Shown: positions 38,032 through 51,654 of the stretch, one piece after another
Numbering within the stretch: position 1 is the first letter of the stretch
How the letters are laid out: each line of letters opens with the position of its first letter
Source: Eledone cirrhosa
Lineage: Eukaryota
Assembly: GCA_964016885.1 (NCBI GenBank)
Contig: OZ024743.1
Coordinates: forward strand, 250,480,001-250,544,000
Reading direction: 5' to 3'
Length of the DNA stretch: 64,000 bases
Notes under the pieces: generated by a model
What the model saw: only the letters and a program-made list of their open reading frames with translations
Told to the model about the DNA's origin: nothing
Database searches by the model: none
Position numbers and translations under genes: made by a program

Positions 38032-38412
38032 TAATTGTTTCTACTTTAGGCACAAGGCCAGCAATTAACCAGTACATTACTGGTACTTTATTTTATCGAC
38101 CCCGTAAGGATGAAAGGCAAAGTTAACCTCGGCGGGATTATAAAATAATAATTAAATAGTATACCCCACATATATAGATTTTTAATAGAAATTTTTAATT
38201 TTGACATAGATAGACTATTCTTATTTTTTTTTTATTATTGTATTTTATTTTAGTTTATTATTGTATTTTATTTATAGTTACGGCCCTTGCCATTCTGAGT
38301 TCAAATCCCGCCGAGGTTAACTTTGCCTTTCATCCTTACGGGTCGATAAAATAAAGTACCAGTAATATACTGGTTAATTGCTGGCCTTGTGCCTAAAGTA
38401 GAAACAATTATT
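38032..38412. mobile_element. Inverted pair of SINE 3' halves (38032-38139 minus; ~38285-38412 plus)
   Basis: Both arms carry the same variants (gaggttaac, ctggttaattg), which are absent from the 9929 and 58745 copies. Confidence 0.88.
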
Positions 38413-38656
38413 GTATTTTATTTTATTTTAAAAACCTTTTTTATACTTATTTTAATTTAATTTTATTAATACATTTTTACACTTCTTAATCCAAGTTTTG
38501 GTATTTAAACCCAATATAAAATAATATACCCAGTTTCTATATTTTAGACCTCTAATATTTGAATACCATCTATAATGTTCGCACATACACCTCTTCAATT
38601 TACTTTTTAGACGTTATTTACAGCTGTTTTCACTTTTGACAGCGTTCCTGATCAAC

Positions 38657-38735
<79 letters not shown>

Positions 38736-38900
38736 TCGTTCTTTCTTTTTTTCCTTTTTTCCTCTCTTCTATTTCTTTTTTCTTTTTCTCCTTCTTTCCT
38801 TTTCTTCTATTTTACTATCTTTTTCTTACCCTTATACTTGTCATATGTAGCTGGACACTTTCTTGTTGACAAGTGTTTTTAGGCCTCATATATATTACCT

Positions 38901-38970
38901 TATTTTATCTGATGAGAACACAATTTTTGTCCCAGGATGATGTTGTTTTCGAAATGCGCATAATAAAATA
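38901..38970 (+). ncRNA. Type I hammerhead ribozyme with palindromic stem III
   Basis: tattttat-CTGATGA-gaacacaa...ttgttttc-GAAA-TGCGCA-TA-ataaaata. Perfect 8-bp stem I. Confidence 0.88.
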
Positions 38971-39137
38971 TATGGAACTTTTTTAACCATCTTTTAATTT
39001 CTTCTTTAATATATACTCCAGTTCTACCAACTGTTGCGTGCTACTTATCTGATATATGCATAGTTTTATTGTTCTACAATATTACTCACCTTCTACATAC
39101 ATACATATATATATTATATATATATATACATACATAT

Positions 39138-39169
<32 letters not shown>

Positions 39170-39305
39170 GCAAAAGTTCTATTTAAATTGTTGGGATACA
39201 ACAAGCAAATATTTTTATAACTGATATAAAGCACTCGACAAGTATTTGGAGTAAATATACGATATTAACAAATGGAAACTATATTTATATTTATAAAACC
39301 ATATC

Positions 39306-39370
39306 TATTTTATTATACATATTTCAAGGATACCATGTTAAATTATGGTATGCCTTCATCAGACAAAATA
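39306..39370 (-). ncRNA. Type I hammerhead ribozyme in the PLE 3' pseudo-LTR
   Basis: Exact reverse complement of the 41654-41718 motif. Confidence 0.85.
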
Positions 39371-40390
39371 CAATATATACCAGTTTTATAAATAAACATT
39401 GACGTACCCTTTCAAAATGCAACCGTTACTTTTGGAAGACATCAGGATAGTGGATTTGTTTATTTTAGTAAGTCGTTGTGTTAAGGAGAAGGAAAAAGAC
39501 GGAGAGAGAGAAAAGTGGAGAAAGAAAGAGAGAGAAAAATAAAGAAAAAGAAGAAAGAAAAAAAGAAAAAAAGAAAACAGAGAAAAACAACAGAGAGATA
39601 TCAAACCACCAGACAGAGAGAAAAAATCAAGAGAGATAAATATAGAGATAGAGAGAGGGGGAGAGAACGAAAACCTTAAGTCATGTCATATAAAGTTAAG
39701 TTAACAATTGAGATGAAATGAATAAATAAAATTAGAAATATTAATATTCATGAATGGAATATACATATATAATATGAGAAATTAATCATTGTTTAACTAT
39801 GATTAGATATTTAGTTTAACAATAGAGATTAATATATTAAAAATTGGAATTTAAACATTACGAAATATATATATTGCTAGAGAAATTACCTATCATATAG
39901 CACGTACATATACGCAAAAATACATAAATATATATATACACACACACTCAGAAAATACTCATTATATCTACTCCCGCATATAATATATACATACAAAGCA
40001 TAAATGATTTTTTTTATTAATGTTATACATCCCTTGTGTTATTAAATAACATTTTTTAGTATATATATATAAATATATAGGATTAACTTTCATGCATTTA
40101 TGGCTGTTAAATTATGCATATCTGCAATCAAATTGCACGGGTACACATGTACATGTACACACACAATTCTTACATATACATATATAAACATGTGTGTGCG
40201 TCTTCACCCAATTGGTAGACACGCGTCACTCATGCATATATACAGACATACATATATTCATAAAAATGCATATAACACATGTATATGTATGTTAATACAC
40301 ACATAATCGTATAGAGATAAGTATACATCAATATATTACATAGTACAATTGAGTACATAAAATACAAAAGGATTATATTTTGGAAATATA

Positions 40391-40780
40391 ATTATATCAA
40401 TATAACTTAAAAACAAAAGAATTCTACAAATTTCAAAATATTAAAATATTTTAAAATATTATAGAATATTTTAAGTTAAAATAATATGTTTAATAGATTT
40501 AGTATAGCAATTTATCTTACGTATATTTTATTCAAGATATTGAAAGGATAAACTTTTGAAAATTATGAGAAGCTATCAGAATAAAAACAAACCTAATAAA
40601 AAATAAATAAAATATTATATCAATATAACTTAAAAACAAAAGAATTCTACAAATATCAAAATATTAAAATATTTTAAAATATTATAGAATATTTTAAGCT
40701 AAAATAATATGTTTAATATATTTAGTATAGAAATTTATCTTACGTATATTTTACTCAAGATATTGAAAGGATAAACTTTT
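40391..40780. repeat. Direct duplication (~166 bp, period ~223) in the PLE 3' region
   Basis: attatatcaatataacttaaaaacaaaagaattctac...gaaaggataaactttt at ~40391 and ~40614. Confidence 0.9.
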
Positions 40781-40934
40781 CTAGAATAGTTTATTATATT
40801 TATATTTATATTTATATTTAAGAAGAAAATTTATTTATACTTGAGTACTTAACCAAAGAAAATGAAAAAGGTGAAGGAATCTAATGATTTATCGACAGGT
40901 TTCATATATTAACCAAATTACTTAATTAATTATA

Positions 40935-41520
40935 CTACATTTTAAATTTATATTTATATTTAAACGTTGAGTTCAATCTATGTCTGCAGCAACTGAATAA
41001 ATTATTCCTTAAATTAAGGGAATTTTTGGTCTTTAATATAAAGAATATTTCCTCTATACAAAGATCGCAATTTTCTGAAGAGGAATTAAAAGGAGTAGCT
41101 TTTGAAATAATATTCCAAATCAGTGAATATTCAACATTATCTCGTTTTAGGTCCCATAATAGGCTAGATAGCGAAGTTGAGGATTTTTTGTTTGGATCTG
41201 TAAAATAATTTTTATGATTATTGAAGCGGGATTTAAACTCTGTGGAGGTAGAACCGACATAATTAAATGAATTTAAATTAGTTTTAACATTACAATTATA
41301 AACTACATTTTTAGCTAAGCAGTTGTTATTTAACGGACAGTTGGATTTATTTCTACAGTTACAATTATTCGATTGAATATTGCTTGGGTTATTATTGGTA
41401 TTTTGGTTAGGTTTTAAATTTCTATTATTAATTCTATTAATATTTTGCGCTAAATTTTTGGTGGAAGAGTAAGTTAATTTTATAGTATGTCTATTAAAAA
41501 TTGAGTAATATCTATGTGTC
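40935..41520 (-). pseudogene. PLE GIY-YIG endonuclease (C-terminal fragment)
   Basis: CNCRNKSNCPLNNNC linker, VVY..YVGST..FKSRFNNH, CDLCIEE..LNLRNNLFSCCRH. Confidence 0.88.
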
Positions 41521-41653
41521 TTTTTCTTTTTCCTTCTCCTTAACACAACGACTTACTAAAATAAACAAATCCACTATCCTGATGTCTTCCAAAAGTAACG
41601 GTTGCATTTTGAAAGGGTACGTCAATGTTTATTTATAAAACTGGTATGTATTG

Positions 41654-41718
41654 TATTTTGTCTGATGAAGGCATACCATAATTTAACATGGTATCCTTGA
41701 AATATGTATAATAAAATA
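41654..41718 (+). ncRNA. Type I hammerhead ribozyme in the inverted pseudo-LTR
   Basis: tattttgt-CTGATGA-aggcataccat(aatttaac)atggtatcctt-GAAA-tatgta-TA-ataaaata. Confidence 0.85.
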
Positions 41719-41764
41719 GATATGGTTTTATAAATATAAATATAGTTTCCATTTGTTAATATCG

Positions 41765-41830
<66 letters not shown>

Positions 41831-41832
<2 letters not shown>

Positions 41833-42375
41833 AATTATATTTTTTAATTTATTTTAAAAAATTGTTTGATTTTTGCTTCTTCTGCTTATCTCAATATTAT
41901 AGTTCTAGTATGTCAAATTAATACCATTGAACAACCCTGTATCATAGACAACCTACATATTTCCAGGGGTACTTAGTACCCATGGGCATATTAACTTCTT
42001 TTAATATTCTCCGTTATGTAGAGAACAAATCTGTTGTTCTATTTAGCTGCTATTTTTAGTAGTGTAGGAGACAACACGTCTATGTTTACTTCTGCTTTTG
42101 CTACGGACTGGTTCATGTACAGGTCAAATTTCGGCCTCACTCGATCTTGTGCTAGCTAGCAGATGGCAATATATTTTGCCGTTCCTGGGACTTTAGCCCT
42201 TGGAAAGGAAAATGCTTTCTGATGAACTTTACCTTTCCATTGGAAATCCCATGGATTTCCAATGTTTTGTGAAGGGAAACCGATCGGTAAGAGCAACTGG
42301 AGTAAGTAAATATTTAAATTATATTTTTTAATTTATTTTAAAAAATTGTTTGATTTTTGCTTGTTCTGCTTATCT

Positions 42376-42381
<6 letters not shown>
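41831..42381 (+). mobile_element. Non-coding, terminally redundant 484-bp unit carrying a hammerhead (retrozyme- or tandem pLTR-like)
   Basis: 67-bp direct repeats at 41831 and 42315 (one mismatch), (TA)n on both sides, no ORF, hammerhead at 42213-42295. Confidence 0.75.
42213..42295 (+). ncRNA. Type I hammerhead ribozyme with palindromic stem III and extended stem II
   Basis: tgcttt-CTGATGA-actttac..cattggaaatcc(cat)ggatttccaatg..gtgaagg-GAAA-CCGATCGG-TA-agagca. Confidence 0.85.
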
Positions 42382-42418
<37 letters not shown>

Positions 42419-42540
42419 TATTTGGGGAGGGTCATATTTGCGTAATATTGCCAGAATTAATAACAGAACACACTCACTGTTTGGTTGGTTTTCGCTTCTC
42501 GCTGTCTTTTATATATATATATCTGCGATCTAACTTACTA

Positions 42541-44281
42541 TATCATCGTTTAACGTCTATCGTTCACACTAGCATGGGTTTAGACGGGAATTGTTCCACG
42601 TGAGGCAAGGACTGTCTGGCGGGTTTTCTATGGCTGGATGCCCTCCCTAACACCAACCACGTTTACAGTGTGGACTGGGAGGTTTTAACCGTGTTACCTA
42701 CACGACCACATTACAGCGTGGACTGTGTGTTTTTTTGTCCTGACACCTATACGACCTCATTTATTTAAGACTAGATGTTGTGGCACCAACATAACTTTAC
42801 AGAGGAAGGGGTGGTGTAGATGGTGGTGGGGTAGGGGTAGTGGGATGGGGTGTATTTTTGGTTAGGAGGTGCCTACTGAATAGGTTTCGCTTTGTACTTA
42901 GGCAAGGCGGGTCTTCTGTATTACTGCGTAGCGCCAAAGATCTCAGTCCAGTGACATTGTCTTGGAGAGGTGTAAGTGTGTGAGGTCGGAATTTATCAAA
43001 TCGTCCCAGGTTTTTCTGGGTCTGCCTACTCCGTAGCTTCCATCTATTATGATCACCCTGCCCTTTTTTATACAGCTGTCATCTTTCATGCGCATCATGT
43101 GACCATACCAACGTAGTCTTCTCCCGAGTAAACAGCATCTGATCTCTCTTATACCTAATTTCTCACTTAGTTCATTTATGCTTTGCTGTTCATGTATATT
43201 ACTATTACACATCCAGCGGAGCATGCAAGCTTCGTGTAACATTGATGTTCGTATGCAGGCATCATACAGTCTGCCTTTCATTTTTAGGGAGAAACCTTTA
43301 GCAGCCAATAGCGGTATAAGCTCTCTGAAATTTTCCATCCCGTTCTGACTCTAGCTACTGTACTTTCAGAGCACCCTCCACCACTGCTGATTTTGTCACC
43401 CAGGTAACGGAAGGTGTCCACTATTTCTATAGAACCATCTGGGCAATGGAAGGAGCTAGTATCCTGTGGGCACTTGCTACTACTTATTGCACCTGAGTAC
43501 CGACCACATATAAAATCTATGTTCTTAGTTTACCTGTGATCCCACTACATCTTTTATGCACCCATACTTTGCATTTGGGACATAAAATGGAGTTTTTGCC
43601 TACTCCTTTCCTAGACACTGAGCATGGTCATTTCCCAGAGGGGACCGGTGCCCTATTTTCCTTCCTACATACTAGAACTTTAGTCTTAAACAAGTTAACA
43701 TTAAGGCCTTTTGATTCTAGGCCATCCTTCCAAGTTTGGAATTTCTTCTTACTGACTGTTTCTTTATACATGGCTTGTATAGCTCTCACAAACCATTCAT
43801 CAACACCTAGTGTTCTAAGAGCCCACCAGATAATAGAGCTGGGGACTCTGTCAAAGGCTTTCTCCAAGTCAACAAAAGCTAAATATAGGGGTTTACTTTT
43901 AGCTAGGTACTTCTCCTGAAGTTGTCGTACAAGGAAAAGAGCATCTGTGGTACTTTTACCTGACACAAACCCAAACTGCATTTCATCTAGATCAATTTGT
44001 TCTCTGATTAGTTGCGCTATAACTCTTTCTGTGACCTTCATGACCTGGTCAATTAATTTAATGCCTCTATAGTTTCCCCTATCTAGAGCATCTCCTTTAC
44101 CCTTGTAGCAGTTAATGATGATGCTGCTACGCCAGTCATTTGATATGACCCCGTTCTGTATGACTTGGTTTACTATCTGGGAGACCATAGTGTGTCCCAC
44201 CAATCCAGATGCTTTCAGCATTTCAGCAACTATCTCCGAAGGCCCAGCTGCTTTGCCTGTCTTCATATCTTTGATTGCCTT
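42541..44281 (-). mobile_element. RTE LINE copy (PHD-RT family), 5'-truncated with internal deletions
   Basis: ORFs 43628-44266 and 42943-43338 are homologous to 16580-18946. The QG and YADD region is deleted at ~43750. Confidence 0.92.
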
Positions 44282-44844
44282 ACATATATATATATATATG
44301 GTAATGAATTAGAAGGCAGTATGTTTGAATTTCATAACATTCTATTTATTACTTAATCACTGTTATATGTATTCCAATGCTATTTGATTTGTAATGCATC
44401 AGACAGATTATTACTTATATAAACTTTAGTAATGTAAGATCTTATATATGAAATGTTTACATCCCATTACTACAATAATAGTTGATCACTATGAATAATA
44501 GTTGAGAAAATTGGATAAGGTACCCATGGAGATGGAAAAAAATAGAGTGAGGCACCAGTGATAGTTGAACGCCACCTCTCTTTAACCACAATCAAGTATA
44601 TTAGCCATTATGCTAAAGAACCACTGATCATTAACTCCATCTTTTTAGACTTAAAGCCTGTAACTAGTAGTGTTAACAAAACAATTGACTTAGGAATTAT
44701 TGGGGAAATTTGAAATTTAAAATGTGTGCATTACAAATGAGTCTTACACTCACCTATCATTCAAGTGGTGTTGGGTTCAATTTCTTGCAGGCACCTCTGT
44801 CTATATTTTTCCTTCATGTATAAATGTGAAATGTAGAAATAGTT

Positions 44845-45415
44845 TAACCCTAACAGCTGGAGAAACTTTAGGGCAACAAAGTCAATAATTATGAAGAAGT
44901 TTATTATTTACAAAAGTTTCGCTAGTATATATAGTTTTTAAAATAAATGCACTCAAATTATCTGTTTTGGGCATTTTCAGCCAACTTTGAAAAATGTCAA
45001 ATATTTTGAGAATTTCTCATGTTGCTGCATCTAAACATGCTCAAATATATCCTTAAACAATTCAGCATTTATTAAAATAGATAATTTTGAGCTTTTTCAA
45101 TAGAAATAGAAAATATCTCCATTATTAACTTTGTTGCACCAAAAGCAACTTTCATTGTTTCCCTAAGTCCTAGAGCTGTTAGAATCCAAATATTTCCATT
45201 TTTGGAATATGCAAAACTTCAAGTTTTGCCATATAAAAATACCTTATGGAAGAATGTTATTTTGGGCATTTTCTTGTCAACCTTAAAAATGTCAAATACC
45301 TTGAGAATTTCTCAAGTTGCTGTAACCAAACTTATTCAAATTCATCCCTAATCGATTTTACAGTTGTTAATATATCATTTTGAGTTTTTTCAACATAAAA
45401 TGTCTCAATTTTAAT
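44845..45415. repeat. Decayed MITE-like repeat with an internal direct duplication (44965-45105 vs 45260-45395)
   Basis: Starts ttaaccctaacagct. gcaacaaagtcaataat is inverted at ~45121-45138. tttgggcattttc...gagaatttctca is duplicated. Confidence 0.5.
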
Positions 45416-45461
45416 TACTATATGTACCTGTTAGTGTGAAGTAACCAAAAACAGGATAAAT

Positions 45462-45549
45462 GAGCGGGTGCTGAAAAGTTCCTGCCTTTGGGTAAAAGAA
45501 AATACAGGAGGATCAGTTAATTATGATTTTATTCAACAAATTCCCCTCC
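45462..45549 (+). mobile_element. Mariner-like transposon terminal fragment
   Basis: gagcgggtgctgaaaagttcctg...ttttattcaaca resembles mariner TIRs (recognition only; no partner TIR found). Confidence 0.55.
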
Positions 45550-46693
45550 CATATATCCATGAGACCCCTACCCACCTAAGCTCTGGCCGGAAACATAATT
45601 ATATCTCATCAACATGACAGCCAAAGAGAAAGAGACCCACACCACTCATCCTTCAACTTATGTAATGTCAATCACCCCTCCTTCCAGCAAGCGTTCCAGT
45701 CATATCACTGAGCCCTATACTTCCAACAAGGCCCCTAGTCCCACACTATATAATAATAATCATTCTTTCTACAGTGACTATGATGACATTGTACAATTGG
45801 CCATGCATCCACCTCTTCAATAGAAGTGTTTCAATATATATTTTGGTGGACTTGATTGTTGTTTGGGAATGAGTGCTGAGGTGGTTGCAGAACATCCAGG
45901 TCTATCATTGGGACTGTTATGTGTGTGCAAATGTGGTGCATTTCGTGAGTGTGCATGTTGTTTTTATTTTATGTTTGTGTGTCTGGGTGTATTACCAATG
46001 TGTGTGAGTATAGTTTTGTCTATGTATGTGTTTTGTGTAAAGTCAATGTGAGTGTATGTGTGTGTTTTAGTGTCTGATTTTACTAAAATGTGTGTATGTG
46101 TATATTTGTGTGTGTTTATGTATGAATGAGTGTTTGTACATACATATGTGTATATAATAGTGTGTGTGCATCTGAGTGATTTTGTATGATTTATTAGTGT
46201 GTATGTGTGTGTATGTTTATGTGTGTCTACCTGTATCTGTATGTGGGGTGGAGTGGAGGTAGCAAGGGAGAAGAGAAATCCTGAGATTGTATTCCAAAGT
46301 TTCTGTCATTGAATTTTAGCAGTTGAGTTGGGTTAGGCTGTATTTCAGTGGTGAAGGCAAGACTTTTCGAATGATCATCAGCTTCAGCCACAAACCTGGG
46401 CACCACCACCCATAATGTAGAGAAAAGGAAGACAACTAAATACCGGGGCTTGACTGACCGCTTCATTTTTGTGCTGGTCACCATCAAGGTAAACTGCTTT
46501 TTTCCTCCTGTCTATCAGGCTATAGGTATATATATATATATAAACAAGGTATGTAAGCTAAATTCTCGGACTTTTAAGTGCTGAGAATATAAATATATAT
46601 ATAGGTATTAGAGAGGCAAATTAATTGCGTCCATAGGCAGTATGCCAAGATGAGCACCCAACGCTTGTGGGGAACAGAGTATCAATAATAATT

Positions 46694-46995
46694 ATATATA
46701 AGGAACAAAGAATCAGTGGTGCATCATATACATATATATGTTTCACTGCTGATCAGCTCAAGGAACGATCGATTAATGATTGATTCTGACTCTGGAATTG
46801 GAAGCTCCTCGGATATGTGTTCACATGTAGACTCGCGACTAAAACTGAAAACTTATCTGAGGAGATTCTGGTACCAGAGTCAGGATAGATCATTAATTGA
46901 TCGTTCCATGAGGTGATCGGCAGGGAAACATGTAATATGTAATTAAATATCTATATGATGCAGCACTGATTCTTTGTTCTCTTATATATATATAT
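46694..46995. repeat. ~100-bp-arm diverged fold-back in (TA)n with a hammerhead-like core (46852-46939)
   Basis: gaacaaagaatcagtggtgcatcatata...ctgactctgg pairs with ccagagtcag...tatatgatgcagcactgattctttgttc. CTGAGGA at 46857, GAAA-CATG-TA at 46925. Confidence 0.8.
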
Positions 46996-47421
46996 AAATA
47001 CAAAGAATGATGTGCTTAAGTGCACAGATACCATAAAATAGCTTATAAATAAATTGGCCAATGCCAACTTCTTTTCCTTATTTTATAGCATCTATACAGT
47101 TGAGCACTTCATCCTTTATATGTATGTATGTATATATATATAGAGAGATTGATACATAAATATATGTGTGAGTATGTATCTCTCTTTCTGTAGATGTGTG
47201 TTTATATATATTTATTTGTTTATTCAATGTTGTTATTACGTAAATGCTGTATGGCATGTTGTTCCAGATGAATATTTGACAACTCTAGGAAAAGTGATAA
47301 TGTGTTAAATGTTGTGATCATAGTAAATATAAATAGATATATAAATAGAAAAATACATAGTAACATGCATATATTAACACAAATATCACACAGAAACAAT
47401 ATGTATATATATATATTTATA

Positions 47422-47498
<77 letters not shown>

Positions 47499-47509
47499 GT
47501 ATATATATA

Positions 47510-47557
<48 letters not shown>

Positions 47558-47559
47558 AT

Positions 47560-49260
47560 CATCATCATCATTTAACATCTATCTTCCACGCTAGCATGGG
47601 TTTAGACGGGAATTGTCCCACGTGAGGCAAGATTGGTTGTCTTGCTCGTATAGGACTGTCTGGCGGATTTTCTATGGCTGGATGCCCTTCCTAAAATCAA
47701 CCACATTTACAGTGTGGAACTGGGAACTTTTTACCATGTGACCTACACGGCCACATTACAGCGTGGACTGTGTGTTTTTTTGTCGTGACACCTACACGAT
47801 CTCAATCTCATTTATTTGGACTGGATGTTGTGGTACCAACTTTACAGAAAGAGGTTGGTGTTGGTGGGAGTGGGAGGATAGGGTAGGGATAGTGGATTGT
47901 GGGTATATTTGGTTAAGAGGTGCCTACTAACTGTAGGTTTCGTTTTGTACATAGGCAAGGTGGATCTTCTGTATTACTGTGTAGTGCCAAAGATCTCAGT
48001 CCAGTGACATTGTCTTAGAGAGGTGCAAGTGTCTAAGGTGGGAATTTATCAGATCGTCCCAGATTTTTCTCGGTCTACCTACCCCGTAACTACCATCAAT
48101 TTTGATCGCCCTGCACTTTTTTATACAGCTGTTTTCTCTCATGCGCATCACGGGGCCATACCAACGTAGTCTTCTCTCAAGTAAACAGCATCTGATCCCT
48201 CTTATTCCTAATTTCTCACTTAGTTAATTTATGCTTTTCCGTTCACGTATATTACTATTACACATCCAGCAGAGCATGCATGCTTCGTTCCTTTCCAGTC
48301 TGCGCAGGTCCTCTGCATACAATGCCCATGTTTCACTGCCATGTAGCATTGCTGTTCGTATGCAGGTATCATACAGCCTGCCTTTCATTTTTAGAGAGAA
48401 CCCTTTAGCGGCCAATAGCGGTATAAGCTCTCTGAACTCTTTTCATCCCGTTCTGACTTTGGGTACTGTACTTTCAGAACACCCTCCACCACTGCTGATT
48501 TCGTCACCCAGGTAACGGAGAGTGTCCACTATTTCTATAGAACCATCTGGGCAATAGAAGGAGCTAGTATCCTGTGGACACTTGCTACTTATTGCACCTG
48601 AGCACCGGCCACATATAAAGTCTACAGTCTTAGTTAGCTTACCTGTGATCCCACTACATCTTTTATGTACCCATACTTTGCATTTGGGTCATAAAATGGA
48701 ATTTCTGCCTACTCCTTTCCTAGACACTGAGCATGGTCATTTCCCAGAGGGGACCGGTGCCCTATTTTCCTTCCTACATACTAGAACTTTAGTCTTAGAC
48801 AAGTTAATTTTAAGGCCTTTTGATTCTAGGCCATGCTTCCATGTTTGGAATATACATATATACATCTACATATATACATATATATATATATACATATATA
48901 CATATATATATATCCAGTAGGCACCTCTAACAAAATACACCTCCCCCCACCCCCACCCCATCCACACCGCCCCTTCAATGTAAAGTTATGTTGGTGCCAC
49001 AACATCCAGGCCGAAAGAAATGAGATCGTGTAGACACAGTCCACGCTGTAATGTGGCCGTGTAGGCAACACGGTAAATACCTCCCAGCCCCACACTGTAA
49101 ATGTGGTTGGTGTTAGGAAGGGCATCCAGCTGTAGAAAACCCGCCAGATAGTCCTATGCGAGCAAGACAATCACTCTTGCCTCAAGTGGGAAAACCCCCG
49201 TCCAAACCCATGCAAGCGTGGAACACGGACGTTAAACGTTGATGATGATGATGATGATGA
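47560..49260. mobile_element. RTE copy on minus (47560-48850) followed by an inverted 3'UTR copy on plus (48915-49260)
   Basis: Homologous to 18050-19254. 48915-49260 is the reverse complement of 47560-47930 and ends in (GAT)n. A further 3' fragment lies at 49400-49580 (minus). Confidence 0.88.
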
Positions 49261-49604
49261 TATACATATTTATATATATATACATACATATATATATATA
49301 TATACACATATATACATATATATACATATATATACATATATACATATATATAGAGATATACACATATATACATATATACACATATATACACACATATATA
49401 TCATCATCATCATCATCATCATCATCATTTTACGTCCACTTTTCCCTGCTTGCAAGGGTGGGACGGGAACTGATTCTGGCTTGATTTCAACAGCTGGATG
49501 CCCTTCCTAACACCAACCTCATTTACAGTGAGTGCTGGGTGGTTTTTGCCGTGGCACCTACACGACCACTTTGCAGTGGAATGATAGGGACCCCAGTCCC
49601 TATC

Positions 49605-49750
49605 ATCTCATTTCTACAGCTTAGTAAACTGGAGCAATGTGAAATAAAGTGTCTTGCTCAAGGAAACAACACATTACCCGGTCTGAGAATTGAACTCACA
49701 ACCTTTGGATTGCAAGGCCAATGCTCTAACCACTAAGCCATGTGCCTCCA
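49605..49750 (-). mobile_element. Second tRNA-derived SINE family
   Basis: Minus strand has A box tggcttagtgg, B box gagttcaattc, then ccttgagcaagacactttatttcac. Confidence 0.8.
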
Positions 49751-49839
49751 TATATATATACATATATACACATATATACATATATACACATATATATACA
49801 TATATACATATATATATATACATATATACATATATATAT

Positions 49840-49928
<89 letters not shown>

Positions 49929-49998
49929 CACATAGATATATATATATACATATATATATATGTGTATATATGTATATATGTGTATATCTCTCTCTCTC

Positions 49999-50081
<83 letters not shown>

Positions 50082-50082
50082 T

Positions 50083-50113
<31 letters not shown>

Positions 50114-50304
50114 GTACTAATAGAACCACTTTCCTACACACATATATATACACACACACGAAATATATATTCTCTCCATCTTAACATACTCGCACACACA
50201 CATAACACCCATATACACACACACACAACTCCCTCCCCCATTTCTATTAATAGAATCATCTTCCAATACACACATACATACACACACACACACACACACA
50301 TACA

Positions 50305-50936
50305 CACACACAAGCACACAAATAAACATACATATCTTCACTTCAATAGAAAATCTGAACTCTGACACCCCAGCGATCTAACCATATTCACTGAACCAGA
50401 ACAATCCCTTTTCTCTTGACCACTAACTTTCCATTGTCATAACATTCGCTATAAAGACTACAGAATAGTTTTCCAAATAAGGGCGCAAAAATGTAATGAA
50501 AACTTGTTCACGTGACAGCCAAATTTCATTTATAACTAATTATCACGTTTATTAAAAAAAAGCCTTCGTGAGCCACCTTTTTTTAAGTAAAGAAATTCAA
50601 ACACACACACACACACACACGCACACACACACACACACAAGCACACAAATAAACACACATATCTTTACTTTCTTTATTCAATAGAAAATCTGAATTCTGA
50701 CACCCAGCGAACTAACCATATTCACTGAACCAGACAAATTCTCCCATCCCTTTCTCTTGACCATTATCTTTTACTTATCAAAAAATTCTCTGAAAAGGCT
50801 ACAGAATGGATTTCCAAATAAGGGCACAAAAATTTAATGAAAATTTGTTCACGTGACAGCCACAATTTCATTTATAACCAACCAAAAAAAAGCCTTCGTG
50901 AGCCTCCTTTTTTCAAGTAAAAAGAAATTCAAACAC
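50305..50936. repeat. Tandem duplication with ~330-bp period
   Basis: caagcacacaaataaaca...aatagaaaatctgaa...gttcacgtgacagcc...aagccttcgtgagcc...aaagaaattcaaacac occurs twice. Confidence 0.9.
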
Positions 50937-51260
50937 GCATATATGAAAAAAAACAACCTGTGACAACCCCCCCCTCTTATTTGAAGAACTATTGTAACGC
51001 GAACTGGCGCGAAATTTATTATAATTATTGACAAACCAATCAAATTACTTCTCGAAAAACCTGGCATTTCGAGCCACTTTTTCCATATAAAACAAGTAAC
51101 ATTCAGAGACCAACCAGATGTGAGAAAAACCACAGACCCTCCATCTCAACTCACCTTTTGAAAAGCAGAAGAACTGCGAAACCGGTAAAGGAACCAAATA
51201 AATATATATATTTTATAAAAAAATAAGACTCCAGTTGCATTTTCGATTTCATCTCTTTTT

Positions 51261-51391
<131 letters not shown>

Positions 51392-51392
51392 T

Positions 51393-51425
<33 letters not shown>

Positions 51426-51592
51426 TAAAATATAAATATATATACAAAAAAATATATATATACACATATATACCATATCTTGTCAGCATGAAATTGCAAA
51501 CTATTTAGAACACTGGTTTAACCGCTTCACTTCCCTCCGAAGAATATATATATATATATACATATATATATGTATATACATATATATATGTA

Positions 51593-51626
<34 letters not shown>

Positions 51627-51654
51627 CATATATATACATATATATATATACATA

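Larger units (their letters stand above)
39190..41770 (-). mobile_element. 5'-truncated Penelope-like element with inverted pseudo-LTR (arms ~39255-39500 and ~41520-41768)
   Basis: GIY-YIG ORF 40935-41546, a near-identical ~245-bp inverted repeat with a hammerhead in each arm, and (TA)n flanks. Confidence 0.88.

Noticed and set aside
41571-41632. Second hammerhead in the pseudo-LTR (CTGATGT..GGTACGTC)
   Set aside because: Several core deviations and no stem I adjacent to the core.
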